NCBI RefSeq assembly: GCF_000143415.4
Contig: NW_003314420.1
Span: forward strand, 128,123 to 192,122
Reading direction: 5' to 3'
DNA: 64,000 nucleotides
Origin: Selaginella moellendorffii
Taxonomy: Eukaryota; Plantae; Lycopodiophyta
Position 1 is the first letter of the stretch. Each line of letters opens with the position of its first letter. Of the stretch, positions 13,729 to 24,470 are shown piece after piece. Under the pieces are notes generated by a model. The model was not told the origin of the DNA and did not search any database. It saw nothing but the letters and a program-made list of their open reading frames with translations. The translations under genes and the position numbers were made by a program.

Positions 13729-16700
13729 ATGGCATGCGCGCACACACTATTTGTTTGTTCATTGAGCGTGTGGTGAGCTTTCCAAGATGAACGTCATTCC
13801 TATTAGCCAGACATATAACTTAATGGTGAGAACATTTAGATATTATTCAATGTTATCTTTTTCTAACGAATCTAATTGTGAAGGTGTAGCAAGAGGCATT
13901 GCTAGTCTGGAGAAGTCATTTAACTCATTTGACCCTTAGTGTATTTTCATGAAACTAAATAACATTCACATTATTAAGGAATTTCTCTAGTACCTTTTTT
14001 TTATGACATAGAGGCTTGCATTTCTTTCAAAGGTGATTTAGTAAAAGGCCTGAGGGCACATGCCATTCTATTTCTCAGACCGGTATTAAGATATACTAGT
14101 GCAAAGGGAAAAAGGTATTTGGTGATCAAGTAAATGGCATGAGGGCACACGCCATTATAAGCCTAAGCGCTAGTGGACACCTCCTTTTTGGTACTCTCAG
14201 CGGTACTATCATCCTTCTCCGGGTCAGTTGTTTTGCTTTGGATTGTTGTCTCTAATGTTACTGGGGCGTTCTCAATAGTTGTTAATGTTGCCGTTTGTTC
14301 AGAAAAATGATCACCTGGAGTATAGTACAAGGAGTTTGGAAGACTTATATATTCTACATCTTCACCTATCTCCTTCTCCATCTCCTTTTCTGCCTCACTT
14401 ACAAATTTTGTGCTTGCCATGAGAACGCTCTTCACCCTAAAATATGGAGTTCGTTGTGTTATAAAAGGAAACCAACACCCACGCTGCAAGGGAATGATGG
14501 TACATAAAGCACGTAAGCCCACAATATGGGTTTATGTGCCATTAATATGGGCCACACGCCATATTATTAGATTTATGCATGTGTGATTGGTAAATGCATA
14601 TGTCACATCATCTTTGTTTTACCTCACACACTATATCAGGCCTAATGAACCATATCACATGTGCGCACATGCTATATATATGGAGAAGTGTTATGCAAGG
14701 ATAGAAAAATTCAATGCATGATTGTGGAGAGCAATGGCATGAAGCCACATGCTAAATAACATTTTAGAGAAAGAATTAAAATAGAAACATGCAAACAGTA
14801 CTGAGTGGACCAAGACTTAGAAGTGCACAATTGAATGAGGTATTTCTAATAAATATTTCACTCACCTCATATAGGAATGGCTACCACTCTCAAATGGCGT
14901 ATCGCCTCATGCCATCACCTCGCAATTTGTTATAACAATCCGATGAATTCATATTCAGCTTGTTCACCTTGAACTTTAAGTAAGATTTGCTAGAACAACT
15001 AAGAATTTATACATGTTATTTGTATCATCTCACCTAGGAATGGCGTAAGGCCACATGCCATCACGCCTCCTTTGATTCAGATTCGGATTGTTCACCTTGA
15101 AATAAAATACATTAGAAACTTAGTAAAGGAATATTAATGAATCTCACCTTGAACCCGGGTTATGAATGCTCTTGCTGCATCTCTTGCATGGTCTGGCAAG
15201 GTGATGGTGGCACTCTGCTTCCGCATCCAACCATGCACAAGATTATCCACTGATATGCTCATACTAGGATCCCTTGGATTCAGCACCCATCTCTTTTCTA
15301 GGCAATCCTTCGTATATCCGAAACTTGGCTTGAACCACTCCACAGTTACATTGAAGGAGTTAGTTTCCACGTCCTCCTCTGCATCAGTGATGCAGCACCC
15401 CACCCATATCATTTGTTTTTTATTACTGGGTCTGACAAGCACGACCATTCCTTTGCAGACCTGTACTGGATTGAATGTTGAATCCAGCTTCTTGTTCCTC
15501 GGCCCACAATAGTGATCCTCAACATCGTTATTTGTCACTACATTTCCAGAGGACATTGTTCCGCTACTATCTGGTGCTCTAGGTTCTGGCCAAAAGGACT
15601 CTTCCAATTCTTCATATACAACCGGCCCATTTTGGATAGCAGATATAATCTTCTCCTAGTATTCGAGCAAAGGCTTGCACCTCTTAAAATAGGATTCTCC
15701 ACCAAACACCAACCCCCTCTTCCAGAAGGCAATATGCTGTCTAATCCCGGCCACTATACTTTCCTGGTCTTTGAGTCCATCCGGGTGCATCGGCCGTGGG
15801 GAACCCTGAGGAATCATAGGTTCCCCAGTTATGGGATCTCTCTTGAAGAGTTCAATGCCGTCCACTGGCAGCCACACTGTGTCCCATTCTCTCATCTTGT
15901 ACCTCATCACTGGAGCACCGTCATGCATGCTGAAATGAAACTGAAGAGGCTTGGAGTGGCCAATCAGCGTTTCGGATTCGTCCCTGATGTAGCCTCTTAC
16001 AAACCCCTTAAAGTCTGGAACCTCTGTCACAAGTGCAGCTTCAATAGTGCCTTTGATGCAATTTTGGAATTCATCGTAGAGTTGTGGGAGGGTGAGGACA
16101 TTGGATTGCCGGAGGGACTTTGCCAGGTGACTGAACATGGCATCAACGTCTTCATGAGTGTGCCCAACCATGAGAAAGCCAAGTGTAACCATTTCAAATA
16201 TGCCTTTGGCAACAAGCATCGCCAAGTACGCGAAGACGTATATGTTTTTGTTCTCACTGCCAGCATTGTTTGTTTGGAGCAGAAGATGGGGTGGAAGGCC
16301 ATATCGGCCGCAAGAACTTCCTTGAGATTCTGCTTCATTTGGATGAAGCTGTGCATTCACCGGGCGACCAGCCTCATCGAAATGGCATGAGGCCTCACGT
16401 GATAACCCTACAATCTGACGGCCAACATATTCACTAGGATGGCATGGGGCCCCACGCGATACTGCAAGCCTTTGCTCCTCCTCCAGCTGAACCCTGTATG
16501 GGGTTCGATCGACAAGGGCCTTATCCAAGGGTTGGCCGTTCAGCTCAGTCTACGCACTTTGCAGAGACCTTAAGTGTTTTGCTAGGGACTCAATCATCAT
16601 GTTTGCACCCCCGCCACCCCATAGAGGTACAAAGAAGTTCCCATAGTTCTGGGCACCATGCCCATGAGCGATTATGCCAAACAGAGACACAGGCAGCTGC

Positions 16701-19302
16701 ATGGATGAAGAGATTGCCTTGGGGGCAGGATTGAGTCGAGGTAAGCACGTCTTTTTCTGGTCCATTTTGTCGTGGATGATGCAGAGGTAAGAGTCAGGTC
16801 TCTCCATGGAGAGAATCCTGTTATGATAATATGCAGTCCTGCAGCTTCTCTACTCGATGTTGTGGTCGAGCCGCCTTCTAACCAACGTCTCTCGCTCTTG
16901 AGCGCTGTAAGAATTCTTCGACAAAGCCATTTTGATAGCAGTGCACTCGTCACACTTTGAAAAGCTGGAGTACTTTCCTATACTCACATCCCTAAACCTG
17001 TTGCTCCACAATCTACTAAATCTAGATTGGCTCAGCTTCCTATAGCCATTACTCTAGAGTTCCCGATTCACATCTTCCAATATGGCCCCCTTGGTATACA
17101 TGGAAGGGAGAACTCGTTGGGTGTCTCGTGTTCCATCTTCCAAGAGGCGGGTTTTATGTGGTTGCTGCTCGCTACATGTCGCGACAAACCTCTTGAAGAT
17201 TGCCTCTCCATATACAACATGACCCCTGGTTTTGTGTGTACCGTCGTTCCCATGGACTGCCTGTTGAACCCTTTGTTCCTTGAACTCAGTTTTGATTCTG
17301 TAAAATGTGCTTCGAGGGACTCCATAAATGATTCTCCATGCCTTCATGCAGACCAAACCCCTCTGGAAGACCATGCCCCCCGCCTGATGTTCTGAAGCAT
17401 CAACAGATGACCTTAATGCCTCATACACAAAATTGCGAGCTACCTTCCAGGACAATATCTTGTATCTTGCTCTCTCCTCTTCAATAGCATCCCAATCAGC
17501 ATGTTGACAGCACCTCCTCTTGCAACAAGCAACTGTCGAGACCATTCGAACCTCCATCGCCATTTTCTGCCTTTTCGGTTCGTTGCTCAAATCCCTTTGG
17601 CTGCGCTTTAGGAAGGTGTACTTTCTTTTCCCATGAAGAGATGTTCTGTCATCAGTTGTAGTGGTGTTTGATTGTGAATCTTTCACATTCTCAAACACTA
17701 AGTGCCTCAATTTCCTCCGCACAATGCTTCCAATAGTCAGACTGTTTTCTTCTGTGTCAACAACCTCTAAAATCGCAAGTCCAATATCATCCCAGCCCAA
17801 TTCTTGATTAGCAACCGCATCTCTTGGATCGACAACTGTGGCTAAGCCCTCAGCTACCACCTCCCCCTCGGGGTTGTTTAGAAACACCTTTGCTTGAATC
17901 CATGTAGCACGGTTCTTAAGATCCATGGAGGGAACATGCGTCTCACTTGCGCTATCCCCAACATCTGCTTTCTTCTGAAGATTTTTCAAGGCAACAACAA
18001 CATTTACCCCGACGACCATCTCTCCTCGTTCAATAGCGACCACATTCCCATCGAAGACAGTCTCTTCTGATACAGCAGCATTGCCTTCCCCAAGCCTTTG
18101 ACAGTGTATAACAAAGTTCTGATCCATAGACACAAGGGTCCCTTTTGCAACTTTCTTCCCACCATTCAAAATGTAAACCTTTTTCCCAACCTTGAAGGCC
18201 ATTCTGAAAGTGCAGAAAAGAAGTTAAGACCATACAAAAAATGATTGGAGAATGGCCTAAATCATAACATACCAAACAACCTCAATAGCATGAGGCCACA
18301 TGCCATTATTCAAACATGCTATTGACACCTACGTGAAATTTCGCATTCACAAAATTGGCATGAGGCCTCATGCCATTAGTGGTACCACTAATGGCATGAG
18401 GCCTCACGCTATCTTTGGCCCCTGCTAGCCTGTTGCTATATTCCTTTTGCCTTGCTGCAACTGTATATATGGGGCCAGGCTAGCAGGGGCCAAAGATGGC
18501 ATGAGGCCTCATGCCATCTTGATATACACACAGCTGCAGGCAAGTAAAAACATACATGACAATACGCTAGCCATGAAATTGCAAGGGCCCAAGATGGCAT
18601 GTGGCCTCATGCCATTTCTAAATGTGGTCCTAAGCCATTCCATGGTGAACATACCAGGAAGCACAAGTGCCGAATATCAAGAGGAAGCGGTAGCCACACC
18701 AAAGACAGTGCCGCTCGCAACACTGCAACTACTCGTAGTGCCGCTCGCAACACCGCAACTGCTCATAGCGTTGCTCGCACAAACTACCACTAGCATAAAC
18801 TGCCGCTTTCAATGGCACTCGCAATGCCGCAACCGCTTGTAGACGCATAAACCACAGCTCACAACGCCGCTTACACAAGCAGCGCTCACTACGCTCAGCG
18901 AAACCAAGAATACGGCGCACAAAAATGATAGACCTAGGAATGAGTTCGAGAATTCAAAAATAACACACGCTTGAACCTCACATCAAATCCTCTGACAAAC
19001 CAGATCTTATGATTCCTCTAACAAATTTCAAACTGAGTAGCTTCTAGACTTTGCTGTCGGAGGTTGAACTTTGTCACATCATGTCCTTGCCTCAATCCAG
19101 CTGTGCCATGTCAGTGATTCGAAGTTTGCCATGCCGTGTCAGCGATCCCCACCAAGATTATTTGCCGTGTAAAGGAATAATTATGCTGTGTGTGTATGTC
19201 CATTTATGGCAATATAAGGCCACACGCCATTCAAAGAATAATGCTAGTCGAGCATTTTTTGGTGCATTTTTGGGTTCAAAATTGCATGAGCCCACACACT
19301 AT
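13729..19302. repeat. Dispersed 22-bp palindrome, consensus ATGGCATGAGGCCTCATGCCAT
   Basis: Copies start at about 13729, 14045, 14134, 14541, 14654, 14734, 14894, 15040, 16382, 16439, 18285, 18355, 18391, 18496, 18594, 19209, 19281; none noticed outside the TIR element. Confidence 0.85.
15134..18202 (-). pseudogene. Putative DDE/DDD transposase, ~1022 codons, four in-frame TAG stops
   Basis: ORFs 17054-18202, 16550-16807, 15656-16528 and 15134-15607 share one frame; stops at 17054, 16850, 16550, 15656. Motifs CCKRRCC, VCMKAWRIIYGV, FSKCDEC, IIHDKMDQ, LLLQTNNAGSENKN, FLMVGHTHEDVDAMFS. Confidence 0.8.
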
Positions 19303-20382
19303 AAAGTTTACCTGTACCAAAAATAGAAATAGCTTTATTTACTTGGGAATTTAAGTGGTTGAAGCATTTTTAAACTTACAAACACATGCCCTACTTACAT
19401 TCCTTTGGTTGCTTAAAATTTAAAAATATTATAAACCTTTCTTTTTGCATTTTCAATGTTTTCAATTATGGTTTTTGATTTTCGCAGGACCAGCCTAGTA
19501 ATCTATTTGCATCCCGTCATGTTTATAGCTAGCTTTCGTTTGTCCCCTTCGCTAGCCTGAGATACATCTGCTTGGCATCTACCTCTTACAGCATTTGCCC
19601 AGAAAGGGCATCTTTCTTCATGCAGCATTTGCCACATGTTTAGGGTTTAGGGTTTAGCAATTCAGTAGCTTTATAAACATGCAAATACAGAACTTGATGC
19701 AAAATCCTTTGATATGTCACAATGCCCTTAGGACCATAAACACATTTCAATAGAGAGGGTCCTTTCATTTCATAACTCCTTACATAGATCTTGGTAAAAC
19801 TAGAGTTAGTGAAGTTGGTTTCTTGTGATCCCGCATCTGATTGTGATGTCCCTTTGCAGTGTCGATGGAAAGGTCAGTGCACACCAAACTGTAGAATCTT
19901 GGAGCAAAATAACGGTCGGATCTATGGCAAATGCCCCTGAAACACTGTAAGGCTCGTGTGGTCTCATGTGGTGTTTGATCGAGATGCTTCTTTGCAGGGT
20001 CATCAAGAAGGACATTGCATACCATTCTTTATTTAGCTAAACATCTGGCATTTTTGGAAATACAAGATGCTTTGGAATATCCAATCATGCATGGTATAAA
20101 AGTAAAGATTGAATGGGGACTTGGGCTCCACCTAGACTCGGAGCAACTGAGCCAATATTAAAAGGATGGAAAGAAATTGGACGATGATGACAAAGAGAAG
20201 AGAGAGGTGAAGCAGTGGCAGGGGGAGGAGAAGTGATTGAGTAGACATTTCCTTGTTTAAAATAAAATGGCATGTGCCTCAATGCAGTTGAATTTTGTTA
20301 TATTTATATACTATATAAAGGTTTGGAAACCTTATTTTACAAGTGGGATAATGACAATTCCCACTTTAATGAAATAGAGCTT

Positions 20383-21373
20383 GATCCATCTTTCTTTTTC
20401 ACAAATAACACTGGTGCCCCATATAGTGACTTGCTCAACCTAACATACCCTTTTTCCACCAACTCTTTTAGTTGGCGCTTGAGCTCCTCGAGTTCTCTTT
20501 CATTCAAACAATAGGGTGGACAAACCACTGCTTTAGCACCATCGACTAGCTCAATCTTATCTTCTATCGGTCGTGCGAGGGGCAACCCCACCAGTAGCTC
20601 CTCGGGCATGGTATCTTTGAATTGGTCTAGCACTCGTTAAATCACTAAAGGTACTTATTCCATTCCCGTCTTTTTGTCACTCTTCGCCGAGGGTAAGCAT
20701 AAAAATGTTGCCTTGGTTCCTTTAGTGAGTTGTCCTCTTGTGGACACTAGGTTTAAGTAGGAGTCTTTGGCTTTACATTGCCCTACCTTCAGATTTTGGG
20801 CCTCCCCCCTAGATCATTTTCCCTGAGCATTCGCTAGTACCACAAGGTTCCTACCTTGTCCATGTAGGGCTATTATGAACCAATTGAACCAATCCATCCT
20901 GAAGATTACATCAAACCCCACGATGTCCAAAATGGTGAAATCCATGTCTACTTTCCATGTCCCTACTTCAACTCTCGCTCGTCAAAGTACCTCATCAGTG
21001 CTTTGGCTACTTTGAACAAATTTTATAGTCCTTGGTTCACCTAGTCGCTACATCGTTAGTTTGGTTTGCCGAACTATGTCTACAGCCACAAAATTATTCA
21101 AAGCACCCGTATCAATAAGGATCTTAACAAAGCTACCTCCGAGCTTCCCTTAGAGGGTTAGTAGATGTCATGAATGACTCTCTACCAAAGTTGCTTCTGT
21201 AATGAGTAACTTTGAGCTAGGGACTAGATTACGTACCTCAGTTTAGATTTCACCCGACTTAATGGCCATATTGGCTCTAGCCTTTTTTGGGTAGGGACAT
21301 TCTCTCGAAAAGTGTCCCGCTTCACCGCAATTGAAGCATATGTTGTTTCCCACACTACTATCTGACTTGACTA
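20383..21373 (-). pseudogene. Ty3/gypsy copy A, 5' part (gag zinc knuckle, protease, RT N-terminus)
   Basis: [16 protein letters not shown]; inverted homolog of 21450-22450. Confidence 0.9.
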
Positions 21374-23850
21374 CTAGCTACGGAAAGGCAAATCCGGTGG
21401 CCAGCGAGCGAGTACGTGGGGGAGTCAAGCGAAAAGAGACAAACCCACGGATAAGAAGGTCAAGTCGTATAGTAGCGTGGGAAACAACATATGCTACAAC
21501 TGCGGTGAAGTGGGACACTTTTCAAGCGAATGTCCCTACCCGAAGAAGGTCAGAGTCAATATGGCCATCAAGTCGGGTGAAGTCTGAACTGAGGTATGTG
21601 ATCCAGTCCCTAACTCAAAGTTACTCATTACACAAGCAACTTTGGTAGAGAGTCGTTCGCGACATCTACTAGCCCTCCAGGGGAAGCTCGGAGGTAGCTT
21701 TGTTAAGATCCTTATTGACACGGGTGCTTCGGATAATTTTGTGGCTGCAAACATAGTTCGGCAAGCCGGACTAACGGTGCAGCGGCTAGGTGAACCAAGG
21801 ACTATAGAGTTTGTTCAAGGTAGCCAAAGCACCCATGAGGTACTTTGACAAGCGAGAGTCGAAGTGGGGACTTGGAAGGTGGACATAGATTTCACCGTGT
21901 TGGATATGGCGGGATTTGACGTGATCTTCGGAATGGATTGGTTCAATCAGTTCGTGGTAACCCTGCATGGACAAAGTAGAAACATTGTGGTACTGGCGAA
22001 TGCCCAAGGAAGAAGATCTAGGGTGGAGGCCCAAGATCTAAAGGTAGGGCAAAGCAAGGCCAAAGATTCCTGCTTAAACCTGGTGTCCACGAGAGGACAA
22101 CTCATTAAAGGAACCAAGGCAGCATTTTTGTGCTTACTCTCGGTGAAGAGTGACAAAAAGACAGGAATAAAAGAAGGGCCTTTAGTGATCCAACGGGTGT
22201 TGGACCAATTCCAGGATACCATGCCGGAGGAGCTACCGGCGGGGTTGCCCCCCGCCCGACCGATAGAACATAAGATTGAGCTAGTCGATGGTGGTAAGGC
22301 AATGGTTTGTCCACCCTATTGTTTGAACGAAAGAAAACTCGAGGAGCTCAAGCGCCAACTAAAAGAGTTGGTGGACAAAGGGTATGTTAGGTTGAGCAAG
22401 TCGCCGTATGGGGCGCCGGTGCTATTTGTGAAAATAAAAGATGGATCTATGCGCATGTGCATAGACTACCGGTTGCTTAACAAGTATACAAAGAAGAACA
22501 AGTACCCTTTGCCAAGGAATGAGGACCTGTTCGATAGGTTGGGAAAGGCAAAATACTTCTCGAGGATTGACCTAAGGTTAGGATACTACCAGATTAGGGT
22601 AGCCAAGGAAGATGTCGAGAAGACAACCTGTCGAATGAGGTATGGGAGCTTTGAGTTTCTGGTGATGCCCTTCGGGATATGATGTAATGCGCCGGCAACG
22701 TTTTCGGCGCTGATGAACCACGTCTTTGTACCCTATCTAGATCACTTTGTGGTCGTCTATATCGACGACATCCTGATCTATAGCGAGACACTAGAGGAGC
22801 ATGCCGAACACTTGGCGAAGGTGTTTGAGAAACTAAGGGAACACAAACTGTATGCTAAAGAGAGCAAATGTGACTTTGTTCAACAAGAGTTAAAGTTTCT
22901 CGGGCATGTGGTGGGCCAGGACGGGCTCAAGGTGGACCTAGAGAAGGTCCAAGCGATCCAGGAATGAGAGCAACCATCGAATGTACATGAGTTGAGGGCA
23001 TTCTTGGGGCTATGCAACTACTACCGAAAGTTTATCAGACATTATTCAAGAGTAGGGAAGCTTGGGAAGCCTGGGAAGAGCAACATCATGGCAGATGCAC
23101 TAAGTCGAAAAGCGAGCTTGAAGTTGGCGATATCCAGTGCAACAGCAACCTTTTGGGATGATGTGCGGACAGCATATAAGAATGATGGTCTAGCACAAGA
23201 AGTGTTGCTAAGGAATCTAGAGGCACGAGAAGCTCACTAGAGAGGTGAGCTGCCAATGAAAGAGAAAACGGGCTATGCAAAACGCAACGGAATCATCTAT
23301 TACAAGCAAACGAGGGTGTATGTTCCAGAAGGGGAACTAAGGAAGGTAGCCTTAGAAGAGTGTCATGATGGACCTCTTGCGGGACACGGTGGAGTGTCCA
23401 AGATGATGGGCTTACTCAAGAGGAAGTATCACTTGCCAGATATAGCTAAGGATGTCCAAGACTATATAAAGACATGCCCAACATGTCAGCAGGTCAAAGC
23501 CGTGACTAAGGCCAGTGGGGGCTTGTTGCAAAGCATCCCAATTCCAGATCGTCCATGGAAATGTCTTACGATGGACTTCATCACGGGACTCCCCCCAAGC
23601 GAGGGGTTTGATGCGATATTCATGGTGGTGGACCGATTTTTGAAGATGGCACATTTCATACCCACCACAACGGAAGTGGATGCGAAAGGTGTAGCAAAGC
23701 TGTTCTTCGAACAAGTGGTTCGAGTGCGGGGAAGTCCAAAAGAGATTATCTCAGATCAAGATAAGATCTTCACTAGTAGGTTCTGGAGAACTCTCCTAGA
23801 ATAGTATCGCACCAAGTTGAAATTCAGCACAGCCTACCACCCACAGATAG

Positions 23851-23897
23851 GTATGGGGTATTAAGTCAAGTTTGATGGCACTAACACTTCTTGACAG
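23851..23897 (+). other. 47-bp spliceosomal-intron-like insert in the integrase core
   Basis: GTATGG...GCACTAAC...TTGACAG; removal gives STAYHPQIDGQTERVN in frame. Confidence 0.8.
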
Positions 23898-24315
23898 ACG
23901 GACAAACGGAAAGGGTGAATAGGCAGCTAGAGGATTATTTGTGATGCTATGTCTTGGGAGACCAGACCGATTGGGTAAGTCATTTGGGATTTGCGGAAAT
24001 GTGTTATAACAACTCACCACATTCGAGTATCGGGGTGAGTCCATGGGAAGTCATCAATGGGCGAGCTATTGAAGGTCCTGTGGAACTCGGCGTGGCCGAG
24101 TATCATGGAGAGTTACCCGTAGTGGAAGCATTCACGGTGGAAAGACTCAACATCTGAAATCTAGTGAGGGATTCCTTAGAACAAGCTCAACAAAGGCAAA
24201 CCAAGTACGCGAACCAGAAGCGTCAGGATGTAGAGTTCCAAGCTGGGGAGAAGGTGTGGTTGAACACCAAGAACCTCAGGCTACCAAGTGGGATCAGCTA
24301 GAAGTTGACCCAAAG

Positions 24316-24367
24316 GTAAAAATGCAGGTATTCCTGTAAATGAAGTGATCTTCAGTTCCTTAAGCAG
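24316..24367 (+). other. 52-bp spliceosomal-intron-like insert in the integrase GPY/F region
   Basis: AG|GTAAAA...TTAAGCAG|GT; removal gives KLTQRFVGPYEI in frame. Confidence 0.75.
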
Positions 24368-24470
24368 GTTCGTGGGGCCTTACGAGATTGAGTCACGAAT
24401 CGGTAAAGTGGCTTACCGTCTCCGACTTCCTCGAGAGATGGGGAAGATGCACCCAGTATTCCACGTGAAC

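Larger units (their letters stand above)
13503..20382 (-). mobile_element. 6.88-kb TIR DNA transposon (Sola/DUF7869-like), inserted in the gypsy RT gene
   Basis: 24-bp TIRs AAGCTCTATTTCGTTAAAGTGGGA (13503-13526) and TCCCACTTTAATGAAATAGAGCTT (20359-20382), 1 mismatch; flanked by GATC (13499-13502, 20383-20386); removing it rejoins RT KKDGS-MYMCIDY. Confidence 0.9.
21380..24470 (+). pseudogene. Ty3/gypsy chromovirus copy B: zinc knuckle, protease, RT, RNase H (mostly deleted), integrase
   Basis: CYNCGEVGHFSSEC, ILIDTGAS, RMCIDYR, VVVYIDDIL, HHCC region (ECHD...GHGG...CPTC), LTMDFITGLP, IISDQD, AYHPQ..GQTERVN, FVGPY, HPVFHVN. Confidence 0.92.

Noticed and set aside
15512-16390. 292-aa plus-strand ORF
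   Set aside because: Antisense shadow of the transposase with no recognisable motifs.
13729-19302. Palindromic repeats as a CRISPR-like array
   Set aside because: Irregular spacing, degenerate copies, eukaryotic context and no cas genes.
19638-19657. TTTAGGG run inside the TIR element
   Set aside because: Under three units and no demonstrable junction; could be a telo-box or chance.
22677-22685. Possible third intron or readthrough stop at MPFG-I*-CNAP
   Set aside because: Explained by a 3-bp duplication; copy A lacks it.
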